A stretch of DNA of 64,000 bases, from NCBI GenBank assembly GCA_963700145.1, contig OY969474.1:5248001-5312000 (forward strand). The letters are read 5' to 3'. Below are positions 46,851-55,631 of the stretch, piece after piece; within the stretch, counting starts at the first letter, position 1; each line of letters begins with the position of its first letter. Origin of the DNA: an uncultured Acidobacteriota bacterium. GTDB lineage: Bacteria; Acidobacteriota; Thermoanaerobaculia; Multivoradales; UBA5704. A program made the position numbers and the translations under genes. The notes beneath the pieces are model-generated. The model was given only the letters and a program-made list of their open reading frames with translations, did not search any database and was not told the origin of the DNA.

Positions 46851-49470
46851 GCGCGAAGGCGTTCGCGCCGGGCTCAAATCGACTGGCCGCGGCCTGTCAT
46901 TGGCCGCCCGCATCCTGCTGATCACCGGCGTGCTGATCCTGCTCGCCGTCGGCGTGGCGGTGGCGGTCACTGCGCTCCTCGCGCAGCGCGTCGCCGAGGA
47001 CACGGTCGAGGCGGACCTGCGGCGCAGCGTCTCGGTGCAGGAGAGCTTCGAGCGCCAGCGCTACGAGCGGCTGGGGCTCATCTCGCGCGTCTTCCTGAGC
47101 GACGACGACGTGACCGCCTATTTCGCCGAGGCGGACGCGGTCTCGCTCCTCGACCTCCTGGGCGAGCGGCAGGAGGACCTCGGCTTCGACTTCGCCATCC
47201 TCCTCGATCCTGAGGGGCGCGTCCTCGCCCGCAGCGACCGCCCCGACGCGGTGGGGGAGGACCTCTCGCGCCGGCCCTTCATCGCCAAGGCGGTGGCCGA
47301 CTTCGAGGCCGCCGGCGTCTGGCGGGAGGGGGACGGCCTCTTCTACGCTGTCGCGGTGCCGGTGGCCAAGGACTTCACTCTCCTCGGCTACCTGGTCTCC
47401 GGCTTCGCCATCACCGAGGAGGCGGCGAAGGAGCTGGAGGAGGTGAGCCGCACCGACGTGGCGTTCGTCACCGCCGGCGACCGGCCGCGGATCGTCGCCA
47501 CGACCCTGCCGCCGGCGGCGGCGCGGGCGCTCGGGGAGCGGCTGGAGGAGGCGCTCGCCGGCGGCGATGGCGAGCCGGCGGGGGCGCGGCGGCTGGAGCT
47601 GGCGGGCGCGCCCTGGCTGGCGCAGGTCTCGCCGCTCAAGGACGCCGCCGGCCAACCGGTCGGCGCCACCGTCGCCCTGGCCTCGCTCGACCGCGCCCTG
47701 GCGCCCTTCCGCCAGATCGAGATGGCCCTCCTCGGCGCCGGGCTCGCCGCCGTCCTCCTCGCGCTGGCCCTCACCTGGTTCTTCACCCGCCGCGCCCTCC
47801 GCCCGGTCGAGCGGCTGGCCGCCGCCGCCGAGGCGGCGCGCGAGGGGCAGTACGACCAGCGGATCGAGGCCGAGCGCGGCGACGAGGTGGGGCGCCTGGC
47901 GCAGGCCTTCAACGAGCTGATGGCCGAGCTGCGCGAGAAGCGCGACATGGAGCGCTACGTCACCGAGCTGTCGAGGAACCTCCCGGAGCCGGTGCAGGCG
48001 GCGCGCGCCGCGGTCGGCCCGAGCGAGGAGCGGTCGGTGCTGCTGATGGCGGTCGAGTTGCGGCGCTACGCCGCCGCCAAGGCCGACTCCGACCCGCGCA
48101 AGCCGCTGGAGCTGCTGTCGCGCGACCTCCGCCGCCTGGCCAACGCCGCCGCCGCCCGGCGCGGGCGCCTCGAGACCATCGCCGGCCACCGCGCCCTGCT
48201 CTCCTTCGAAGGGCCGTCGCGCGCCTTCGGCGCCCTGGCGGTGGCCGGGGAGCTCCTCGACGGCGCCGCCGGCGGCGAGAGCACTCTCGTCGCCTTGGCC
48301 GCCGGCAAGGTGATCTCCGGCCCGGTGCACTGGCGGGAGCAGCCGGAGCAGGGGCTGGTGGGGCTGCCGGTACAGCAGCTCGAAAGCCTGCTGCGCGAGG
48401 CCTCGCCCGGCGACATCGTGCTGTCGCGCGAGGTCTACCGCGAGCTGCACGAGCAGTTCGCGGCCGCCGGCTACGAGCTGGCCGAGCGGCGCGGCCTGGT
48501 CTCGACCCAGCCGCTCTACGTCCTCGACGGCGCTGTGGCGGCGCGGGTCTCGGGGGTGCAGCCGGTGACCGCCGCGGCCGACGTCGCCGGGCGCGGCGAG
48601 GCCCTGGCCTCGGTGGCGGCCGGCGCGCAGCCCACCCTCTCCGGCATCGCGCCGGGATCGCTCCTCGGCCAGCGCTTCGAGATCCTCTCGGTGCTCGGCG
48701 CCGGCGGCATGGGCATCGTCTACAAGGCGCAGGACCGCGAGCTCGACGACCTGGTGGCGCTCAAGATGCTCAAGCGCGAGCTGTGGGGGGACAAGAGCCA
48801 GCTCGAGCGGCTGAAGAGCGAGATCAAGCTGGCGCGCAAGATCACCCACCCCAACGTCCTGCGCACCTACGACTTCGGCGAGATCGACGGCGTGCCTTAC
48901 ATCTCGATGGAGTACGTGCGCGGTGTCACCCTGCGCTACCTGCTCGACGAGACCGAACGGCTGCCCTACTCGGCCGGCCTGCGGCTGGCCAAGCAGCTCT
49001 GCGCCGGGCTCGCCGCGGCCCACGCGGTTGGCGTGCTGCACCGCGACATCAAGCCGGAGAACCTGATCCTCGAAGCCACCGGCAACGCCAAGCTGATGGA
49101 CTTCGGCATCGCGCGGCCGGCGCAGCGGGAAGGGCCGGGGCAGACGCAGGCGGGGTGGGTCGTGGGGACGCCGCAGTACCTGTCGCCCGAGCAGCTCCAG
49201 GGGCAGGAGTCTGACGCCCGCGCCGACATCTACTCCTGCGGCATCGTGCTCTACGAGCTCTTCACCGGCCGCCTGCCCTTCGCCGGCGCCACTCCGGTGG
49301 AGATCATGTTCCAGGCCCTCAAGGAGGAGCCGGCGCCGCCGCGCGCCGCCTGGCCCGAGGTGCCGCCGCGGCTGGAGGCGGCGATCCTGCGCTGCCTGCA
49401 GAAGGACCCGGCGGCGCGCTACCCGACCGTCGCCGACCTGCTCCACGACTTGGAGGGGCTGTCGGCATGA
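46831..49470 (+). CDS. Receptor Ser/Thr kinase: TM, Cache-like sensor, TM, HAMP, degenerate class III cyclase, Hanks kinase
   Basis: DEVGRLAQAFN (HAMP); LGAGGMG, VALK, HRDIKPEN, DFG, GTPQYLSPE; start may be TTG at 46900. Confidence 0.9.
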   Translation: MTATATRREGVRAGLKSTGRGLSLAARILLITGVLILLAVGVAVAVTALLAQRVAEDTVEADLRRSVSVQESFERQRYERLGLISRVFLSDDDVTAYFAEADAVSLLDLLGERQEDLGFDFAILLDPEGRVLARSDRPDAVGEDLSRRPFIAKAVADFEAAGVWREGDGLFYAVAVPVAKDFTLLGYLVSGFAITEEAAKELEEVSRTDVAFVTAGDRPRIVATTLPPAAARALGERLEEALAGGDGEPAGARRLELAGAPWLAQVSPLKDAAGQPVGATVALASLDRALAPFRQIEMALLGAGLAAVLLALALTWFFTRRALRPVERLAAAAEAAREGQYDQRIEAERGDEVGRLAQAFNELMAELREKRDMERYVTELSRNLPEPVQAARAAVGPSEERSVLLMAVELRRYAAAKADSDPRKPLELLSRDLRRLANAAAARRGRLETIAGHRALLSFEGPSRAFGALAVAGELLDGAAGGESTLVALAAGKVISGPVHWREQPEQGLVGLPVQQLESLLREASPGDIVLSREVYRELHEQFAAAGYELAERRGLVSTQPLYVLDGAVAARVSGVQPVTAAADVAGRGEALASVAAGAQPTLSGIAPGSLLGQRFEILSVLGAGGMGIVYKAQDRELDDLVALKMLKRELWGDKSQLERLKSEIKLARKITHPNVLRTYDFGEIDGVPYISMEYVRGVTLRYLLDETERLPYSAGLRLAKQLCAGLAAAHAVGVLHRDIKPENLILEATGNAKLMDFGIARPAQREGPGQTQAGWVVGTPQYLSPEQLQGQESDARADIYSCGIVLYELFTGRLPFAGATPVEIMFQALKEEPAPPRAAWPEVPPRLEAAILRCLQKDPAARYPTVADLLHDLEGLSA

Positions 49471-50657
49471 TGCCGCTCGACGGTCTCGGCGGCGCGGCCG
49501 GGCTGCCGCTCGACGGCGGCTCCCACCGCCTGGCCGAGGCGGAGAAGATGCTGGAGATCGGCGCCAAGCTGGCGGAGACGCTCCAGCTCGAGCGGGTGCT
49601 CGAGACGGCGCTGGAGGAAGCCGAGCAGCTCTGCCAGGACGAGACCAGCTCGATCTGGGAGCTCGACCCGGAGCGCGGCGAGCTCTTCTTCCGCGTCGTG
49701 CGCGGCCGGGCGGCGGGGGAGATCCGCGGGCTGCGCGTGCCGCTGGGGGAGGGGATCGTCGGCAGCGTCGCGCGCTCCGGCGTCGCCGAGGCGGTCAACG
49801 ACGTCGCCGCCGACCCGCGCTGGCGCGGCGACGCCGGCGAGTCGTTCCACACCCGGGCGCTCCTCGCCGTGCCGCTGGTGGCGCGCGGGGCGGTGATCGG
49901 CGTCCTCCAGCTCCTGAATCCGATCGGCCGCGAGGGCTTCGACGACGAGGACCTCCGCCGTATGGAGCTCTTCGGCGGCCTCCTCGCCAACCCGCTCCAG
50001 AACGCGCGCCTGCACGCGGCGCAGCGCCAGCAGTTCCTCGACACCGTGACGATCCTGGCCGAGTTCGTCGAGAAGCGGGACCCCTACACCGGCGGCCACT
50101 TCCGCCGCGTCGCGGCCTACGCGGTGCTGCTCGGCCGGGAGCTGGGGCTCGACCGCGAGACGCTCGAGGAGCTCAAGTACGCCGCCACCCTGCACGACAT
50201 CGGCAAGATCGCCGTGCCGGACGCGATCCTCGGCAAGCCGGCGCCGCTCGACGAGGTCGAGGCCGAGGTGATGAAGCGGCATCCGGCGGTCGGGTCGGAG
50301 ATCGTCGGCCGGCTGCGCAACCTGCGCCACGTGCTGCCGGGGGTGCGCAGCCACCACGAGCGGGTGGACGGCCAGGGCTACCCGGACGGCCTGGCCGGGG
50401 AGGAGATCCCGCTGGTCGCCAAGATCATCGCCGTCGCCGACACCTTCGACGCCATGACCACCAGCCGCCCCTACCGCGCGGGGATCGCGCCGGCCGAGGC
50501 GGCGGCCGAAATCGCCGCCCAGTCGGGGAGGCAGTTCAGCCCCGCCGTCGTCGAGGCCTTCTCCGCCCTCTTCGCCCGCGGCGAGCTGTCGCTGGCGCGG
50601 GGGAACGAGGTGCTGGAGGCGCTCTCGCCGCCGGCGGGGGAAGGGCCGGCGCGCTAG
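49467..50657 (+). CDS. GAF plus HD-GYP phosphodiesterase
   Basis: RDPYTGGH, LHDIGK, HHERVDGQGYP, VADTFDAMT. Confidence 0.93.
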   Translation: MMPLDGLGGAAGLPLDGGSHRLAEAEKMLEIGAKLAETLQLERVLETALEEAEQLCQDETSSIWELDPERGELFFRVVRGRAAGEIRGLRVPLGEGIVGSVARSGVAEAVNDVAADPRWRGDAGESFHTRALLAVPLVARGAVIGVLQLLNPIGREGFDDEDLRRMELFGGLLANPLQNARLHAAQRQQFLDTVTILAEFVEKRDPYTGGHFRRVAAYAVLLGRELGLDRETLEELKYAATLHDIGKIAVPDAILGKPAPLDEVEAEVMKRHPAVGSEIVGRLRNLRHVLPGVRSHHERVDGQGYPDGLAGEEIPLVAKIIAVADTFDAMTTSRPYRAGIAPAEAAAEIAAQSGRQFSPAVVEAFSALFARGELSLARGNEVLEALSPPAGEGPAR

Positions 50658-50664
50658 GCGCCGC

Positions 50665-51390
50665 TCACTCTAGGACGACGAGCTCGACCCCGTTGCAGCC
50701 GTCCACCGGTACCTCCACCCGCTCCTGAAGGAGCCGGCCGGCGCCGCCGCGAACGTCGGCGGAGACGGTGAGCTCGCCCGAGAGCGGCCCGGCGAGCGCG
50801 AAGAGGCCGTCGGCGCCAGTGGTCGCCGCGCGCCGCTGCCCGCCGGGGCCGGTCACAGTGATCCGCACGCCGGGGAGCCCCGTCCCCGCTTCCCACTCCT
50901 CCTGGTCGCGGGTCTTCCGCACCACCCGGCCGTAGAGCGCCGTCACCGGCTCTCCGGCCAGCCGCCGGCGGGCGTAGCGGAGCTCCTCGCCGGCGACGGA
51001 GGCGCGGGTGGTGCCGCCGCAGAGACCGGCGTAGACCGCGCCGTCGTACTGCCGGTGCCAGGCGTGGACGAAGTAGCTCTCGCCGGGCTTGAACTCGATG
51101 CCGCAGTCGCCGCCGCCCAGGCCGCTCAGGACCTCGACGGTCTTCCCCTCGACGCCCCAGAATGCCTCCTCGACGGCGAAGGTGTAAACCCGCTCCGGCC
51201 AGGGGCCGCGCTGCCGCTCGACGGGCTTCCCGACCGTGTGCCCGAGGAAGACCAGCGCGCCCTCGTGGAACATCTCGCACGGCTGGCTGTTCCCCAGCGA
51301 CCAGACGCAGGAGCAGGCCTCGGCGGGCCTGCCGGACCCCACGACCGACCCCACCAGGACGACGACGAGCGCTATGTTGGAGCCGCGCAT
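50665..51390 (-). CDS. Secreted protein with TIMP/NTR-like N-terminus and carboxypeptidase-regulatory-like domain
   Basis: AEA-CSC..VFLG..DCG..F..GESY.V..LC; TTGADGLF. Confidence 0.7.
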   Translation of the reverse strand: MRGSNIALVVVLVGSVVGSGRPAEACSCVWSLGNSQPCEMFHEGALVFLGHTVGKPVERQRGPWPERVYTFAVEEAFWGVEGKTVEVLSGLGGGDCGIEFKPGESYFVHAWHRQYDGAVYAGLCGGTTRASVAGEELRYARRRLAGEPVTALYGRVVRKTRDQEEWEAGTGLPGVRITVTGPGGQRRAATTGADGLFALAGPLSGELTVSADVRGGAGRLLQERVEVPVDGCNGVELVVLE

Positions 51391-51548
51391 GACGGCCTCC
51401 TTTCTCTCCGGGAGGTTAGACACCGCGGGCGACGTGGAGGCCAACCCGTACTCCGATCAGTGCCCGCTCCGGCGGGCAACCCTGCGGGTAGCAGAGCCCA
51501 TCACCGGGCTCTGCAACCGGCGCCTGCTAACATTTCGCGCGCCCGCCC

Positions 51549-53225
51549 ATGCTGCGTCTCCGTTTCGTCGTCGAGGGCCAAGAGCGCGTCGTGCCGCTGG
51601 TGCGCGACCTGCAGCTCGGGCGCGGCGCCGACAACGACCTCGTCCTCCCCGACAGCTCGGTCTCCCGCCACCACGCCGACGTCCGCCGCGCCGGCGACGG
51701 CTGGGTGGTGGAGGACGCGCGGAGCACCAACGGCGTCCAGGTCAACCGGCTGCCGGTGCAGCGGGCGCCGCTCCACCCCGGGGACCGGCTGACCGTCGGG
51801 GTCTTCGAGTTCGCCGTCGAGCTCTCCGCTCCCGCCCCGTCCCGCCCGCCGCTGCCGCCGCCGGCCGAGGGCCCGACCTCGGTCGCCCCCCTGGCCAACG
51901 CGACGCTCGTTCGGCCGCTCGCCGACTTCGAGAAGCGCCAAGCCCTCGACCAGGCCTACGAGAACCGCATCTTCGGCTTCATGACGCGGCTGGCGCGGCT
52001 CCTCCTCGCCTCCGACGCCGTCGACGAGGTGCTCGACCAGGTCCTCGACCTCGCCTTCGAGGCGCTGCCGGTCGACCGCGGCTTCATTCTGCTGCGCGAC
52101 GAGGAGGCGGGAGGCGAGCTGGTCTGCGAGCTGGCGCGCAGCAAGGGGCGGCGCGAGTTCCGTCCCCAAGGCGCGGTGCCGGTCTCGCGCACCATGCTGC
52201 AGGCGGTGATGAGCGAGCGGGTGGCCCTGGTCACCTACGACGCCCAGGCCGACCAGCGCCTCTCGGGCGGCGAGTCGGTCCGCATCCACCAGATCCGCGC
52301 CGCCATGTGCGCGCCGCTCTGGTCGGAGGAGCGGATCATCGGCGTCGTCCAGGTCGATTCCCCGGTCAAGGCCGGCGCCTTCACCGAGCGCGACCTCGAC
52401 TTCCTGACCGCGCTCGCCAACTACGCGGCGGTGGCGATCGAGCGGCTGCGCTACGCACGGCAGGCGGAGATCGAGCGCGAGGCCCGCGGCCGGCTCGAGC
52501 GCTACCACTCGCCGGCGGTGATCGAGGAGGTGCTGCGCGCCGGCGCCGCGGGGGAGAGCCGCCGGCTGCGGGTGGCGCAGGCGACGGTTCTCTTCGCCGA
52601 CCTGGCCGGCTTCACGCCGTTCGCCGAGCACGCGCCGCCGGAGGAGGTCGCCGAGCTGCTCGACGCCTACTTCAACCGCGCGGTGGACGCCGTCTTCACC
52701 GCCGGCGGCACGCTCGACAAGTTCATCGGCGACTGCGTCATGGCCTTCTTCGGCGCGCCGGTGCCGCAGGAAGACCACGCGGTGCGCGCGGTGCAGGCCG
52801 CGGTGCGCCTGCAGGAGGCGCTGGCGGAGTGGAACGCCGAGCGGGCGGCGCTCGGGCAGCCGCCGCACCTGGCGCGCATCGGCATCAACAGCGGGCCGGT
52901 GGTGGTCGGCGACATCGGCAGCAGCCGGCGGGTCGACTACACGGTGCTCGGCAACACGGTCAACGTCGCCTCCCGCCTCGAGGCCCTGGTCGCCCGCCCC
53001 GGCGACATCGTGCTCGGTCCCGAGACCCACCGCCTGCTGGCCGGCGCCGTCCCCACCGAGCCGCTAGGCGAGCTGCAGCTCAAGGGCCTCCAACAACGGA
53101 TCACCGCCTATCGCGTCCTCGCCGCCGGCCCGGTCCTTGCAAAGCGCGGGGCCGGGGACGGTCCTCCCCAGCAGGGCCCGCGCGGCGGGCCGGCATCGTC
53201 AGCCCGGAACCGGAGGACGCCATGA
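51549..53225 (+). CDS. FHA-GAF-class III adenylate cyclase
   Basis: GRG..VSRHHA..STNG (FHA); FADLAGFT, DKFIGDCVM, DYTVLGNTVNVASRLE. Confidence 0.93.
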   Translation: MLRLRFVVEGQERVVPLVRDLQLGRGADNDLVLPDSSVSRHHADVRRAGDGWVVEDARSTNGVQVNRLPVQRAPLHPGDRLTVGVFEFAVELSAPAPSRPPLPPPAEGPTSVAPLANATLVRPLADFEKRQALDQAYENRIFGFMTRLARLLLASDAVDEVLDQVLDLAFEALPVDRGFILLRDEEAGGELVCELARSKGRREFRPQGAVPVSRTMLQAVMSERVALVTYDAQADQRLSGGESVRIHQIRAAMCAPLWSEERIIGVVQVDSPVKAGAFTERDLDFLTALANYAAVAIERLRYARQAEIEREARGRLERYHSPAVIEEVLRAGAAGESRRLRVAQATVLFADLAGFTPFAEHAPPEEVAELLDAYFNRAVDAVFTAGGTLDKFIGDCVMAFFGAPVPQEDHAVRAVQAAVRLQEALAEWNAERAALGQPPHLARIGINSGPVVVGDIGSSRRVDYTVLGNTVNVASRLEALVARPGDIVLGPETHRLLAGAVPTEPLGELQLKGLQQRITAYRVLAAGPVLAKRGAGDGPPQQGPRGGPASSARNRRTP

Positions 53226-53431
53226 CCGAGATCAACGTGCAGCGCCGGCGGACCAACCCCTGGCCCTGGCTCCTGGGCCTGCTCGCGCTGGCCCTGCTAA
53301 TCTGGGTGCTCGTCGGCTCGATGAGCGACGGCCCCGAGCCGTCGGCCACCGGCGAGGGCACCACCAAGGGCGCCGCCTCCGAAGGCCCCCCGCCCGAGCG
53401 CCCGCCGCTCCCGCCCATGCCGGTCGCCTGA
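53222..53431 (+). CDS. Small single-TM protein
   Basis: GGAGG RBS; MTEINVQRRRTNPWPWLLGLLALALLIW. Confidence 0.7.
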   Translation: MTEINVQRRRTNPWPWLLGLLALALLIWVLVGSMSDGPEPSATGEGTTKGAASEGPPPERPPLPPMPVA

Positions 53432-53571
53432 CCGGCCGCCCCACCTACCGGGCCCCCCTTCCATCCGGTGAGGGAAACGGCGCCCTCTTCTCGTCTAACT
53501 GGTAAGCCGCGAGGCCGGTAACGGCCGCGACGGTCCAGCGCCTAAGCAACAAGATGGGAAGAAGGTGGACT

Positions 53572-55242
53572 ATGACGAACCCTCGGTTCTCCGCGTCGCT
53601 CTCTCTGCTCGCCGTCCTCGGCGCCCTGGCCTCCTCGCCGGCGGCCGCCGAGGCATCGGTCAAGTTCGTCTCGATCGACCAGGACCAGGCGACGGCCGAG
53701 GCCGACGAAGCGCTGCGCCAGCTCCTGGAAGGGAAGCTGGGGCAGGAGCTGAGCCCCAAGGCCTTCAAGTACGGCGAAGCCACCAACCGGCTGGCGGAGT
53801 GGAGCGCCGGCGACGGCGCCTACCTGGCGCGGGTCACACCGTACGTCTACATCGCCGCCGAGATGCTGGGCGCCGACTTCGAGGTCCTCGGCACCTACGT
53901 CAGCAAGGCCACCCGCGGCACCACCTACCACTCCTACTTCGTAGTCAACCGCGAGGCGCTGGCGGCGGTGCTGCCGCAGCTCGGCGGCCAGGCGCCCGAC
54001 CTCGACGACCTGCTGCGCTTCATCCGCGAGCGCGCGGCGCAGAAGCGGCCGGCGCGTTTCGTCTACCACAGCGCCTTCAGCACCTCGAGCTATTTCCTGC
54101 CGGCGCTCTTCTTCCGCCGCAACAGCATCTTCTCGATGCCCGAGTCGCGCGGCAGCCTGATCGCCATCGGCAGCAAGCAGCTCGCCGACGCCGGCAGCAC
54201 CGACCTGGTGAAGGAAGTCGCCGCCGGCGGCGCGGACTTCGCCGCCGTCTGGGACGGCACCAAGGTGAAGTTCGCGGGCGGGCGCGAGCACGCGGGCCTG
54301 GGCGAGAGTGTCCATTTCATCCAGCTCCCCAACGTGCTGCCCAACGACCTCCTGGTCTGCTCCCGCGCGCTGGCGAAGACGGCCGCGCGCAAGGTCTTCC
54401 CGCCCGGCGCGCCCACGCGGCTCGCCGTCGGCCGCGACGACTTCGAGGCCTGGGTGGACATCCACGGCGCCGCCGAGGCCCGCGACGCTCTCGCCGGCCT
54501 GCGCTGGCTGGCGCGCGACCAGCGGCTACCGGTGACGGTGCGCATCCAGCGGGGGACGGAGGGGGGCGACGACAAGATCCCCGACGGCTACCTCGAAGCG
54601 GCCGGCCAGGCGGCGCGGCTGTCGGGCACCGAGCTGGTGCTCTACGACGCCAGCTTCCACCGCATCGTCGACTACGAGTGGACGCTGCACTGGGTGCGCG
54701 AGGGGCACATCCGGCTGCGCAGCGAGATCCCGTCCTTCGGCGTGGCGCAGGAGTTCCGCATCAGCTTCCAGCCGGCGGCGGCGGGCGCCGAGGAGCAGGA
54801 CCTGACGCAGCGCATTGGCAACATCCTGGCCTCGCGGCTGCACCGCATGCGCCAGGTCTGGCCCTACGAGAACGACCGGCCGCTGGTGATCCGCGACGTG
54901 CCCTTCTCGGTGGACGCGACGAAGAGCGTCAGGATTCAGAAGGTCGAGTGGAAGGACCCGCTGCGCAACGACTACGCGGAGGGCCGCTCGAACGAGGTGC
55001 GGGTCGAGAGCGCCGACTTCTACCGCTTCCGGCTCGACCAGAAGGACTTCCGCCTGGCGATGGACGAGGGCGGCGAGGCCGCCCGGCTCGACCCGATGAG
55101 CCCGCTCGCCTACCGCGTCCTGCTGGAGCGCAAGCAGGAGCCGCAGACCGTCTTCCACGTCTTCAACGTCGTCTTCTTCGCCCTGGTCGGGCTGTCGGGC
55201 ACCGGCACGGTCCTGGCGTTCCGGCGCTCGCGGCGGGCTTGA
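53572..55242 (+). CDS. PhnD-like (phosphate/phosphonate-binding fold) protein with extra domains and C-terminal TM anchor
   Basis: TPYVY, TYHSYFVV, STSSYFLP, LPNDLLV; signal peptide; C-terminal hydrophobic helix followed by RRSRR. Confidence 0.7.
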   Translation: MTNPRFSASLSLLAVLGALASSPAAAEASVKFVSIDQDQATAEADEALRQLLEGKLGQELSPKAFKYGEATNRLAEWSAGDGAYLARVTPYVYIAAEMLGADFEVLGTYVSKATRGTTYHSYFVVNREALAAVLPQLGGQAPDLDDLLRFIRERAAQKRPARFVYHSAFSTSSYFLPALFFRRNSIFSMPESRGSLIAIGSKQLADAGSTDLVKEVAAGGADFAAVWDGTKVKFAGGREHAGLGESVHFIQLPNVLPNDLLVCSRALAKTAARKVFPPGAPTRLAVGRDDFEAWVDIHGAAEARDALAGLRWLARDQRLPVTVRIQRGTEGGDDKIPDGYLEAAGQAARLSGTELVLYDASFHRIVDYEWTLHWVREGHIRLRSEIPSFGVAQEFRISFQPAAAGAEEQDLTQRIGNILASRLHRMRQVWPYENDRPLVIRDVPFSVDATKSVRIQKVEWKDPLRNDYAEGRSNEVRVESADFYRFRLDQKDFRLAMDEGGEAARLDPMSPLAYRVLLERKQEPQTVFHVFNVVFFALVGLSGTGTVLAFRRSRRA

Positions 55243-55256
55243 GCGGAGGGACCGCC

Positions 55257-55631
55257 ATGGGCTGCGCGCTCTCGCTGGTATCGAACGACCTCCACCCCGA
55301 GGACCTGCACGATCTGTCGCTCGACCTGCGCGACGACCTCGCGGCGGCCGGCGTCGAGGCCGAGCCGGTCGAGGAGAAGGCGCCGGGGGCGACCCGCGGC
55401 GATCTGATGACGATCGGCAGCCTGGCGCTGACCCTGGTCACCAGCGGCACGGCGGCCGCCCTGCTCAACGTCGTCCGCGCCTACTTCGACCGCAGCGCGT
55501 CGGCGCCGGTCGTCGTCGAGCTGACGCGGCCCGACGGCGCCAAGCTGACGGTCCAGGCCGGCAGCCTGCGCGGCGCCGAGTTCGAGCGCACGCTGTCGCT
55601 CGCCAACCAGTTCCTGGGGACGCCGCCGTGA
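55257..55631 (+). CDS. EACC1 (effector-associated constant component 1)
   Basis: L..DL..GV...APGATRGD..IGSLALTLVTSG..ALLNVVRAYF.R..VELTRPDG.KL; coupled to a caspase gene. Confidence 0.8.
   Translation: MGCALSLVSNDLHPEDLHDLSLDLRDDLAAAGVEAEPVEEKAPGATRGDLMTIGSLALTLVTSGTAAALLNVVRAYFDRSASAPVVVELTRPDGAKLTVQAGSLRGAEFERTLSLANQFLGTPP

Noticed and set aside
46897-49446. Long antisense ORFs mirroring real genes (also 23340..25271, 51501..53030, 55481..57565)
   Set aside because: Shadow frames expected from GC-rich codon bias; no domain motifs
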